The notes under the pieces are model-generated. The model did not search any database and was not told the origin of the DNA. It was given only the letters and a program-made list of their open reading frames with translations. Both the position numbers and the translations under genes were made by a program. Positions 27,014 to 35,030 of a DNA stretch of 64,000 nt are shown here, in pieces (the stretch's first letter is position 1; every line of letters begins with the position of its first letter). This stretch comes from a virus (lineage: Duplodnaviria; Heunggongvirae; Uroviricota; Caudoviricetes): IMG/VR virus record IMGVR_UViG_3300029996_000255. The stretch is one strand, 5' to 3'.

Positions 27014-28558
27014 ATGGCAGTAATGTTAGGAAGAGATAAGGTAGTAAAGACACAATTAATGTTAGGAACGGTGATTAAGCAGTTTAGAACAAATGTAATC
27101 AATAAGAATCATCCATTACAGAGAAAACCTGATCAGTGGTCGGACGAAGCAAAATCTGGACTTGCTGCCAGTGTAATTAAACATGAAGATATTGATTCAA
27201 TTAAATTATGTGAACAGATTTACGAAAATAGTTTCACAAACTGGCTTATTGATGGATTACAGAGATTAACTGTATTGGAAGAGTTTAAAAATAATGTCTT
27301 TGCAATGGGAAAATCATTGAGAATGCCTATGATAGCTTATCAAGCTGAAGATGGAAGTGGTAATGTTGTTGAGTATGATTTAAGAGGTAAGAAATACAAA
27401 GACCTTCCAGATGAGTTAAGAGAAGAATTTGATAATTTCCAGGTAGATATAGTTAAGCATCTTGATTGTACTAATGAAGAGATAGCTTATCATATTGATA
27501 GATATAATAAGCAGACAAGTATGAATACAAATCAGAAAAATGTTTTGATGATGTATAAAGTGGTAGATTCACTTAAAAGGGTTACAAAGAATAGATTCTT
27601 CTTGGACTGTGGTGAATATACAGCACCTGAAAGAAAGAAAGAAGTATTAAATAGAGTAGTTGAAGAGTCATTAATGTTAATGTTCCATTCTGATTCTTGG
27701 AAGAAAAACGCAGCTATGGCTAAGTATCTTAATGAAAATGCCGCAGAAGAGGAATTCAATATATTAGAAGAGGAACTTAATAGATTACAAAAAGTAATAG
27801 ATCAAGATACTAACGGACAGTTATTTAATAGCAAGAATAGCTTTATTTGGTTGGCAGCTTTTCATAAGTTTACTTCATATAACATAGAAGATATTAAATT
27901 TGCTGATTTCTTAAATGAATTTCAGGGAATATTACATAGCATGACATTTAAAGAATATGATAATGAATCATTTGATACATATGATAGCAACCGAAGCACA
28001 AAGGATAAAAAAGTTGTAATGGCTAAGTTAGATATGGTTACTAAGCTTATGGAAGAATATTTACATATAAATAAGGAAGAAACTCATTCAGAAATCGAAG
28101 AAGTTGTTGAAAATACAACAGAAAACACAGTACAAATTATCTCTGGAACAGAGAATAATACTATGTCTTCTAATGAAGACGATGAAACAGATAGTAATAT
28201 ATCAGAACAGAATACGGGTAGTTCTGATGTATTACAGTTTGTTCAAAATAGTGTGGCAGAAGATATAGAGAATGAAGATATAAGTGAATATCAAGATTTT
28301 GTTGATGTATATATTGATATAAATTCATCGTTATATAAACAGTGTGAAGCAGCGTTAATGGCATTAACAGCTTATGCTTATAAAACTGATAAGGATGAAG
28401 AACTTGCAACTTGGATTGAACAGTATCAGAAGAATTCAATTGATAAGACATATAGTTCTTCGCAGGAAGTAAATTATAGATATATGAAGAGAGATTTTGA
28501 TAATTACATAAATTTCTTAAATAATATGGAGAAAGGAAGAACAGCTAGTGTTAATTAA
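27014..28558 (+). CDS. DUF262 (ParB/GmrSD-N-like) domain protein with the IDGLQRLT motif; long acidic low-complexity C-terminal tail and no recognisable HNH/DUF1524 domain
   Basis: DGQQR-type motif at residues ~79-86. Confidence 0.55.
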   Translation: MAVMLGRDKVVKTQLMLGTVIKQFRTNVINKNHPLQRKPDQWSDEAKSGLAASVIKHEDIDSIKLCEQIYENSFTNWLIDGLQRLTVLEEFKNNVFAMGKSLRMPMIAYQAEDGSGNVVEYDLRGKKYKDLPDELREEFDNFQVDIVKHLDCTNEEIAYHIDRYNKQTSMNTNQKNVLMMYKVVDSLKRVTKNRFFLDCGEYTAPERKKEVLNRVVEESLMLMFHSDSWKKNAAMAKYLNENAAEEEFNILEEELNRLQKVIDQDTNGQLFNSKNSFIWLAAFHKFTSYNIEDIKFADFLNEFQGILHSMTFKEYDNESFDTYDSNRSTKDKKVVMAKLDMVTKLMEEYLHINKEETHSEIEEVVENTTENTVQIISGTENNTMSSNEDDETDSNISEQNTGSSDVLQFVQNSVAEDIENEDISEYQDFVDVYIDINSSLYKQCEAALMALTAYAYKTDKDEELATWIEQYQKNSIDKTYSSSQEVNYRYMKRDFDNYINFLNNMEKGRTASVN

Positions 28559-28742
28559 AACATTGTTAAAAAGTATTGTATTAAAAAAGAAAATGCAAAT
28601 TGAAATAATGGAAACCTTGTCTGATATTTGTTTATATATGCAATTAGACGGATTCAAAAAAGATAATGGGTATGGTCAATTTATGTATACACATTATAGC
28701 AATTTACAGGATATTTTAAAAGAGTATAAGGGAGAAAAATAA
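28548..28742 (+). CDS. hypothetical protein
   Basis: ORF track. Confidence 0.35.
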   Translation: MLIKTLLKSIVLKKKMQIEIMETLSDICLYMQLDGFKKDNGYGQFMYTHYSNLQDILKEYKGEK

Positions 28743-28744
28743 CT

Positions 28745-28945
28745 ATGCCAGATATTACAATGTGTACAAGCAAAACATGTGAAAGAAGAAAACAGTGTTA
28801 TAGAGCAATAGCAAAGCCAGATAAGATACAAAGTTATGCTGATTTTACTTCGTTATGTGCAGATAGAGATTTTAGATGTCAATGGATTGTTACTGACAGA
28901 GAAGTACTTGCTGATGATATAAGTAGCTTGTTAGTAAGATGCTAA
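28745..28945 (+). CDS. small Cys-rich protein
   Basis: ORF track; ATGC overlap. Confidence 0.4.
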   Translation: MPDITMCTSKTCERRKQCYRAIAKPDKIQSYADFTSLCADRDFRCQWIVTDREVLADDISSLLVRC

Positions 28946-28964
28946 AATACAGGAGAATAATAAA

Positions 28965-29108
28965 ATGGATAAAGATACAAATAAGCGAAATGAACTTAGA
29001 AAACAGTTACAAGCCTTATCAAAGGAGCGAATTATTGAATTATATATTCACTTATTCATGAATTTTTCTAATGATAAGGATGAAACCGATTGGGAAGATA
29101 TTAAATAG
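28965..29108 (+). CDS. small hypothetical protein (47 aa)
   Basis: AGGAGAATAATAAA ATG. Confidence 0.3.
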   Translation: MDKDTNKRNELRKQLQALSKERIIELYIHLFMNFSNDKDETDWEDIK

Positions 29109-29244
29109 AAGAGAACAGATTGCAAAAGTTTGCCGACCTAAACAATCTGCTCAGAGAATAAAATATAGGATAAACTATATATGTTCTATTATAACAAATC
29201 TATTTGGCTAATTCAAGCCAGTTTATCCTATAACAATTAGTCTT

Positions 29245-29324
29245 TTGACTACGGGCTATTTTGAGTCCGAATAGTGAGGATTATATCACTCACTGAAAAG
29301 TATGTAATTTATATGTAATTTGAA
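29245..29324 (+). repeat. module A: ~80-bp structured prefix (..CCGAATAGTGAGG hairpin CTCACTGAAAAGTATGTAATT..TTTGAA) directly preceding repeat unit 1; a ~65%-identical copy (module B) lies at 29508-29587
   Basis: alignment of the two segments by eye. Confidence 0.5.
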
Positions 29325-29688
29325 GTTTTGGAAGTATATGAAATTACATACTAACAAAATACCTGGCAACAGAGAGGAGATGTTTCAGTTGTTTTGGAAG
29401 TATAGTTACATACTAGCAAAATTACATGATATATATCGACACAAGTTATAAAATTTTAGAAGTATATAAAATTACATCTCATTAAAAGAATATATAAATG
29501 AAATTAAAATCAATTCTATTGCGGTAGATTTTACTGCCGAATCGTGAGTGCAATGCAACTCATGAAAATCTATGTAATAAGTTTGAGGTTTTAGATACAT
29601 ATAAAATTACATAGGTATAAAACTAAAAATATGAAAATAAAAGTTAATGACAGTTTTAGATACATATAAAATTACATAGGTATAAAAC
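29325..29688 (+). CRISPR. CRISPR-like mini-array with five 32-36-bp direct repeats: 29325-29360, 29391-29422, 29453-29488, 29588-29623 and 29653-29688, the last two identical (GTTTTAGATACATATAAAATTACATAGGTATAAAAC). Spacers are 30, 30 and 29 bp, plus one ~99-bp interval occupied by module B
   Basis: repeat/spacer periodicity of 62-66 bp; repeats begin GTTTTRGA and end AAAA[CT]/AAAG with GTTTTA...TAAAAC terminal complementarity. Confidence 0.55.
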
Positions 29689-29769
29689 ACTTGCGTTGTT
29701 GTACTTGTAAACTGTTTAATTTTAGAGATATTTAAAATTACAAAAAATATAAAAGGAGATTTACAAATT

Positions 29770-31158
29770 ATGGGAAACAATAGAATGACAATTTGTAGAA
29801 AAATTAAATTATTTCCAGTAGGAGATAAGGATGAAATCAATAGAGTATATGACTTTATTAGAAATGGTCAGTATGCTCAATATCAGGCTTGTAACCTGCT
29901 TATGGGACAGCTTATGAGTGAATATTACAAATATAATCGTGATATTAAGAATGAAGAATTTAAGGCAAGACAGAAAGAAATAATGACAAACTCTAATATC
30001 ATATTAAAAGATATTGATTTTGCAACTGGTGTAGACACTCCATCAGCCGTTACTCAGAAAGTCAAGCAGGATTTCAGCACAGCTTTAAAGAATGGATTGG
30101 CTAAAGGTGAACGAACTGTAACAAATTATAAGAGAACTAATCCACTTATTACAAGAGGCAGAAACTTAACTTTTTATCATGAGTATGAAACATATCATGA
30201 TTTTTTAGACAAGATTAATGATTCTGATTTGGCGGTATATGTCAAGTGGGTTAATAAAATTGTATTTAAGGTTGTGTTTGGCAATCCGCATAGGTCATTA
30301 GAGTTAAGATCTGTTATTCAGAATATATTAGAAGAGAATTATAAAGTGCAAGGAAGTAGCATTGAAATTGATGGTAAGTCAATCATTTTAAATCTCTCAA
30401 TATCTATTCCAAAACAACTTAGAGAGCTGGATGAAAATATAGTAGTAGGTGTTGATTTAGGCATTGCAGTTCCTGCTATGTGTGCTTTAAACAATAATCT
30501 TTACGAGAGATTGGCAATTGGAAATGCAGATGATTTTCTAAGAATAAGAACTAAAATGCAAGCTCAGAGAAAAAGATTACAGAAGTCATTACGAAATACT
30601 TCTGGTGGTCATGGTAGAGCAAAGAAACTGAAAGCATTAGAAAGATTGCAGAAAGCAGAAGTACATTTTGTTGAAACATATTGTCATATGATAAGTAAAA
30701 GAGTCGTTGATTTTGCTTTAAAACATAATGCTAAATACATAAATATTGAGAATTTAACAGGATATGATACAAGTGATTTTATCCTGAGAAATTGGAGTTA
30801 TTATAAACTTCAAGATTATATTACATATAAAGCAGCTAAATACGGAATAGAAGTAAGAAAAATCAATCCTTGTTATACATCACAGATTTGTAGTGTATGT
30901 GGTAATTGGGAGTTTGGTCAGAGAAAGTCACAGTCAGTATTTGAATGTGCAAATGAGAATTGTGATAGTCATAAAAAATATGAAAAAACTGGTTTTAATG
31001 CAGACTTCAATGCTGCCAGAAACATTGCAATGTCAACTCTTTGGATGGGAAGTGGACAAGTTACTGAAAAGAGTAAACAGGAAGCAAGAGAATATTATGA
31101 TATCTCTGAAAAATATGAACAAAGTAAGAATGGTTCAGAGAATAATAAAGTAGCTTAA
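29770..31158 (+). CDS. TnpB/Cas12f-like RuvC nuclease (462 aa): RuvC-I VVGVDLGIAVPAM, Arg-rich helix, RuvC-II YINIENLTG, CxxC...CxxC zinc ribbon (CYTSQICSVCG...FECANENCDSH), RuvC-III NADFNAARNIA; catalytic D/E/D all present
   Basis: domain order and motifs match OrfB_IS605 plus the Zn-ribbon architecture; AAAAGGAGA RBS. Confidence 0.8.
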   Translation: MGNNRMTICRKIKLFPVGDKDEINRVYDFIRNGQYAQYQACNLLMGQLMSEYYKYNRDIKNEEFKARQKEIMTNSNIILKDIDFATGVDTPSAVTQKVKQDFSTALKNGLAKGERTVTNYKRTNPLITRGRNLTFYHEYETYHDFLDKINDSDLAVYVKWVNKIVFKVVFGNPHRSLELRSVIQNILEENYKVQGSSIEIDGKSIILNLSISIPKQLRELDENIVVGVDLGIAVPAMCALNNNLYERLAIGNADDFLRIRTKMQAQRKRLQKSLRNTSGGHGRAKKLKALERLQKAEVHFVETYCHMISKRVVDFALKHNAKYINIENLTGYDTSDFILRNWSYYKLQDYITYKAAKYGIEVRKINPCYTSQICSVCGNWEFGQRKSQSVFECANENCDSHKKYEKTGFNADFNAARNIAMSTLWMGSGQVTEKSKQEAREYYDISEKYEQSKNGSENNKVA

Positions 31159-31268
31159 GTGCTACTTAATCAATCGTAAGATTGCAGGTGATTTTGCACC
31201 TGAATGGCGAGGTTGTTAATTAATGGCACTCGTTAGAATCTATGTTAATAGTATCTGTGTGATTTGAG

Positions 31269-31304
31269 GTTTTAGATATGTTTAATTTAACATAGATACA
31301 AAAC
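31269..31304 (+). repeat. solitary 36-bp repeat downstream of the nuclease gene (GTTTTAGATATGTTTAATTTAACATAGATACAAAAC, ~78% identical to the upstream units), preceded by a partial module-like prefix (AATCTATGTTAATA..GATTTGAG)
   Basis: direct comparison with units 4 and 5. Confidence 0.5.
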
Positions 31305-31419
31305 ACGGTTAAGACAACATTTTACTCAGTAAAATGATTATTCAATATAGATACTACAGAAATGTTGAGATTATCAAGCTAATGGAAGAAAAATATAATA
31401 CGAAAAGGAGAATAGTTAA

Positions 31420-31581
31420 ATGTCAGTATTTTTTATATTAGTTTTAATAGGATTAATAATTTTATGGTTTCTACTGTCACCTTTATTTGAAAAAATTGGT
31501 AAGTTTGTTATCAATGTTATAAATAAAGTATTTTCGACAGATGAAATAAATAATAACGAAGAAAAGGAGACAAAAGAATGA
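31420..31581 (+). CDS. NfeD-like small membrane protein (53 aa), translationally coupled (ATGA) to the SPFH gene
   Basis: hydrophobic N-terminus FFILVLIGLIILWFLL; classic NfeD-SPFH operon arrangement; AAAGGAGAATAG RBS. Confidence 0.4.
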   Translation: MSVFFILVLIGLIILWFLLSPLFEKIGKFVINVINKVFSTDEINNNEEKETKE

Positions 31582-32447
31582 AGAAAACAATCGGAGGAGT
31601 AGTAACAGTAGTAGTAATTGTTGTTGTAGCAATATTATTATTTATGTCAAGTGTGCGTGTACCTGCTGGCTATATTGCCGTACAGTACAGTATGTCGGGT
31701 GGAGTAAAAGGCGATATTCTTACACAAGGATGGCATTTAAAGTCACCAACTGTAAAAACGACACTTTACTCGGTGAGTCTTGAACAGAGTTATTTAACAT
31801 CTGGTAAGGACGGAGACTCTAAAGATGATGACAGCTTTTCAGCGAGTTCATCTGAGGGTAAGGCTATGCAGATAGATCTTACATTTACATATCAGTATAG
31901 TCCTGATAAGGTAGCTGATCTATTTACAAGATTTAGAGGACAATCTGGAAAGGAAGTAAGAGACAGTTTTATTAAACCTAACATTATTTCTTGGACTAAA
32001 GAAATTGTTGCTAACTATAAGGTGTCAGATATTCTTGGTTCTGAAAGAGCAAATGTAAATACAGCATTAACTGATTATCTTAATAAGAAGTTTGAACCAT
32101 ATGGTATAGCGATTAGTAATGTATCATTGATTAATATTTCCGTTGATACAAAGACACAGGAAGCTATTAATGCAAAGATTACAGCACAGCAGGCAGCCGA
32201 AACTCAGGAAATTAATAATCAGACAGCTATTAATAAGGCAAAGGCTGATGCAGAAGTAACTAAGGCAGAAGCACAAGCAAAGGCTGATGCACAGTTAATC
32301 GAAGCCAAAGCACAGGCAGAGGCGAATAATAAGTTAAGTTCTTCTATTACAGATGAGCTTATAAGAATGAAGGAAGCCGAAGCAAGAAATAAATTTGGTT
32401 GGGTTACTATTTCTGGAACTAACAATACAGTTGTAACAGATAAGTAA
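31578..32447 (+). CDS. SPFH/band-7 (HflC/HflK/prohibitin-like) membrane protein with N-terminal TM helix and C-terminal Ala/Gln-rich coiled coil
   Basis: PAGYIAVQYSMSGGVKGDILTQGWHLKSP SPFH core motif. Confidence 0.7.
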   Translation: MKKTIGGVVTVVVIVVVAILLFMSSVRVPAGYIAVQYSMSGGVKGDILTQGWHLKSPTVKTTLYSVSLEQSYLTSGKDGDSKDDDSFSASSSEGKAMQIDLTFTYQYSPDKVADLFTRFRGQSGKEVRDSFIKPNIISWTKEIVANYKVSDILGSERANVNTALTDYLNKKFEPYGIAISNVSLINISVDTKTQEAINAKITAQQAAETQEINNQTAINKAKADAEVTKAEAQAKADAQLIEAKAQAEANNKLSSSITDELIRMKEAEARNKFGWVTISGTNNTVVTDK

Positions 32448-32468
32448 TTATTAATATTAATTAAAAGG

Positions 32469-32490
32469 TGTGATATAACTCACACCTTAC
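32469..32490 (+). terminator. hairpin (AGGTGTGA / TCACACCT, 8 bp) between the SPFH gene and tRNA-Gln; no T-run, so a terminator or processing structure
   Basis: read directly. Confidence 0.35.
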
Positions 32491-32493
32491 TAA

Positions 32494-32566
32494 TGGGATG
32501 TGGTGAAGTGGTCAACACATCAGATTTTGATTCTGACATTCGTGGGTTCGAATCCCACCATCCTAG
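32494..32566 (+). tRNA. tRNA-Gln (anticodon TTG)
   Basis: manual cloverleaf: acceptor TGGGATG/CATCCTA (U1:A72, typical of bacterial tRNA-Gln), anticodon stem TCAGA/TCTGA with loop TTTTGAT, T-arm GTGGG-TTCGAAT-CCCAC. Confidence 0.7.
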
Positions 32567-32570
32567 CTGT

Positions 32571-32643
32571 GTGCTATTAGATCAATAGGTAGAGCACTTG
32601 ACTTTTAATCAAGATGTTACGAGTTCAAGCCTCGTATGGCACA
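32571..32643 (+). tRNA. tRNA-Lys (anticodon TTT)
   Basis: acceptor GTGCTAT/ATGGCAC, D-loop with GG, anticodon stem CTTGA/TCAAG with loop CTTTTAA, T-arm ACGAG-TTCAAGC-CTCGT. Confidence 0.7.
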
Positions 32644-32672
32644 TTATTTATTATATTAGGAGGTATTTCAAA

Positions 32673-33047
32673 ATGAAAACAATATACAATAAATTTGAGA
32701 TTGGCGAAGAATGTTATACATATGCAAGAAAGAATGTAGAAATTGATTGTTCTGTATGCAAAGGGACAAAGAAAATTATCTACAATTGTTACGAAATTCC
32801 TTGTAAACAGTGCAATATGTCTGGGAAAATTATTATTAAACAGACCGTTGTTGCTCCACATAAGGTTAGAATCAGAAGAATCAACGCAAGCATTTGGCAA
32901 GATGTAACAACTGTTAAATATAAGGTTGATCCTATTGGAGAATATGTAAATATCAGGAATAGAAGTGAAAATGCGTTATTCAAAACGTTGGAAGAATGTG
33001 AACAGAAATGTAAGGAAATCAATCAAGGTGAAGCTGGTGAGTTTTAG
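32673..33047 (+). CDS. small zinc-ribbon protein (CSVCKG...CKQCNMSG); start refined, since the track ORF 32598.. overlaps tRNA-Lys
   Basis: AGGAGGTATTTCAAA ATG. Confidence 0.5.
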   Translation: MKTIYNKFEIGEECYTYARKNVEIDCSVCKGTKKIIYNCYEIPCKQCNMSGKIIIKQTVVAPHKVRIRRINASIWQDVTTVKYKVDPIGEYVNIRNRSENALFKTLEECEQKCKEINQGEAGEF

Positions 33048-33087
33048 TAAGAAATGTGGTTTTCTTTGGATTGCTTGGAGGTGCAAT

Positions 33088-33396
33088 ATGATAGATATGC
33101 TTAATATTTTTGCGTTTTCTTTGTTAGAAAGTAAATATAGAGCAGATTTAGAACACTATGACAAAAAGAAAAATAAATATTTTTTAAAAGAATGTATAAA
33201 AGCAAATTCTGATTATTTAGACCTAATGAAAGATACACAAAAAATACTAGCAGAGAGTATTTTGGTTCAAAATAAATCAGAGGAACAATTTGAAAAAATA
33301 AAAGAATTGAAACAAATTTTTGATGAATATTTGGAATACATGAATAGGTTATCAAAGTGTCTTGATATAGTAATTACACCACCTAACCCACATTAA
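33088..33396 (+). CDS. hypothetical protein
   Basis: TGGAGGTGCAAT ATG. Confidence 0.45.
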   Translation: MIDMLNIFAFSLLESKYRADLEHYDKKKNKYFLKECIKANSDYLDLMKDTQKILAESILVQNKSEEQFEKIKELKQIFDEYLEYMNRLSKCLDIVITPPNPH

Positions 33397-33430
33397 AATC
33401 AAATAAAAGTTTTGTTTCAACAGAAGCGAG

Positions 33431-33760
33431 GTGATTATATTGAAATTAATTAACAAATATACTGACAACAAATATAGTAAAATGGAAGAATATTTTTGTG
33501 ATATTACATCAGAGCTGGATAAGTTGGCAGGAATTAACGCAGATGATCTTTGGAAACATTATATATTGGTTGATAAATATTGCATTAATGAAAAATGTTT
33601 AGCAATCAGAATACCAGGAGGTACACTTGGAGGAATTTGGTTTGATGACAATAATATTATCACAAAAATAAAAGTTGATAAAAATTATGTTGTAAAAACT
33701 TATCCAAGTGATGTAAATGAACAAATTCAGAAATTTGTAGGACAGAAAATTGAATTTTAA
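33431..33760 (+). CDS. hypothetical protein, paralog of 55958..56281 (KLINKY..YSKM.EY.C.IT.ELDKLAG......WKHY.L.D......IRIPGGTLG.I..DDN..ITKI.V...YVVKTYP.DVN.Q.QKF.GQKIE)
   Basis: about 55-60% identity between the two translations. Confidence 0.55.
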   Translation: MIILKLINKYTDNKYSKMEEYFCDITSELDKLAGINADDLWKHYILVDKYCINEKCLAIRIPGGTLGGIWFDDNNIITKIKVDKNYVVKTYPSDVNEQIQKFVGQKIEF

Positions 33761-33802
33761 GGAGAATAAATATTGAAATTTCTCTTTCAAGCGGAGGTGA
33801 AC

Positions 33803-34591
33803 ATGAAAAAACATTATTTTATTGATACTATTCACATCATGACAGATTACATGGGTGGATGGTCAAATCAATGGAAAGAAGTTGGTTGGTATGATGATAG
33901 AACAGAAAAATATTTTAATCCAGATGAAGTAAAAGAAATTTTCTTGCAAGGACAAGCAGATAACGTGAATATTGACGAAGACGGGAATTTATATATGGAA
34001 AAACACTGGCTTGATGCAAGAACGGCATTTTCTATTATATGTGGAATTCCATTTGGTGTAACTGATAAATATGAAAATTTACTAAGTTACGCTAAGAAAG
34101 AAAAATGGATAACAGAAACTCCAATTCCAATTCAAATGTATTCTGGAACAAAAACACTTCAAATTAATGATAATAATACATATACAATTAAATACACATT
34201 AGATAAAAATAAATATAATTCTCCGAATATTGATTTTATTCGTAAAATATGTGTTGGTAAAATAAATAAATTAAAAAATAGTGTGTATTTATATTGTCAT
34301 GATGGAATACAAGAAAGTAAAAATTGGTTTACATGTGGAGAAGTTATTTTTGATAGTAAAAATTTAACTCTTGTTATTAATGATATTCCATATTCAGAAG
34401 TATATAAAAGAGAATTAATTGATGCGATAAGAAATTTAGATTTAGAACTTTTGGTATCAAATCGTAATATAGTTAATTTTTCAAATGTGCTATCTGCTTG
34501 TAAAAATTGGTGTAGAGATTGTGGGCAGTATCATTGGATTGATGAAAGTCCAGAAGATAAAAATTCAAATATATATTGGTATGATAAGTAG
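33803..34591 (+). CDS. hypothetical protein (262 aa)
   Basis: GCGGAGGTGAAC ATG. Confidence 0.55.
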   Translation: MKKHYFIDTIHIMTDYMGGWSNQWKEVGWYDDRTEKYFNPDEVKEIFLQGQADNVNIDEDGNLYMEKHWLDARTAFSIICGIPFGVTDKYENLLSYAKKEKWITETPIPIQMYSGTKTLQINDNNTYTIKYTLDKNKYNSPNIDFIRKICVGKINKLKNSVYLYCHDGIQESKNWFTCGEVIFDSKNLTLVINDIPYSEVYKRELIDAIRNLDLELLVSNRNIVNFSNVLSACKNWCRDCGQYHWIDESPEDKNSNIYWYDK

Positions 34592-34630
34592 TTTTGAAAT
34601 TTTCATTTCTTTGGATTGTGAGGTAAAAAT

Positions 34631-35002
34631 ATGCAAATAAATATTAGTTATACATTATATACAGACGGGGATTACAGTTTAAGGAATGCCGAAGATTTTG
34701 GTTGTACTAATAGAGACGTAGTAGTTGATGATTTTGAATATTATGATTATGTTGGTTCTATAGAATTTAAATATGAAGAGGAGTGGCGTTGTAAAAGCGA
34801 AGCAAAAAATTTTCTTTGGAGATTTTTATGTGATGGAATTCATATATCTTATACACATCCTTGGTTACTTAAAGATTTTTATGACATTATGGAATCTTTA
34901 GAGAATATTATTAATGAATATCAAGAGGGAATATCTGTAGCCAAAAAGCATATAACAGGTAACTATGAGGGAACAGAAATTAAAATAGAAATATTGAAGT
35001 AA
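34631..35002 (+). CDS. hypothetical protein
   Basis: ORF track; conserved 5'UTR TTCTTTGGATTGTGAGGT. Confidence 0.5.
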   Translation: MQINISYTLYTDGDYSLRNAEDFGCTNRDVVVDDFEYYDYVGSIEFKYEEEWRCKSEAKNFLWRFLCDGIHISYTHPWLLKDFYDIMESLENIINEYQEGISVAKKHITGNYEGTEIKIEILK

Positions 35003-35030
35003 AGTTCTTTGGATTGTGAGGTGAAAAAGG

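Noticed and set aside
29100-29760. Treating the 660-bp gap upstream of the TnpB-like gene as ordinary AT-rich promoter DNA
   Set aside because: It contains a regular 62-66-bp periodicity of 32-36-bp direct repeats and two long homologous modules, which random AT-rich DNA would not produce.
32598-32672. Start of track ORF 32598..33047 overlapping tRNA-Lys
   Set aside because: The extension lies inside the tRNA gene. A GGAGGT RBS precedes ATG 32673.
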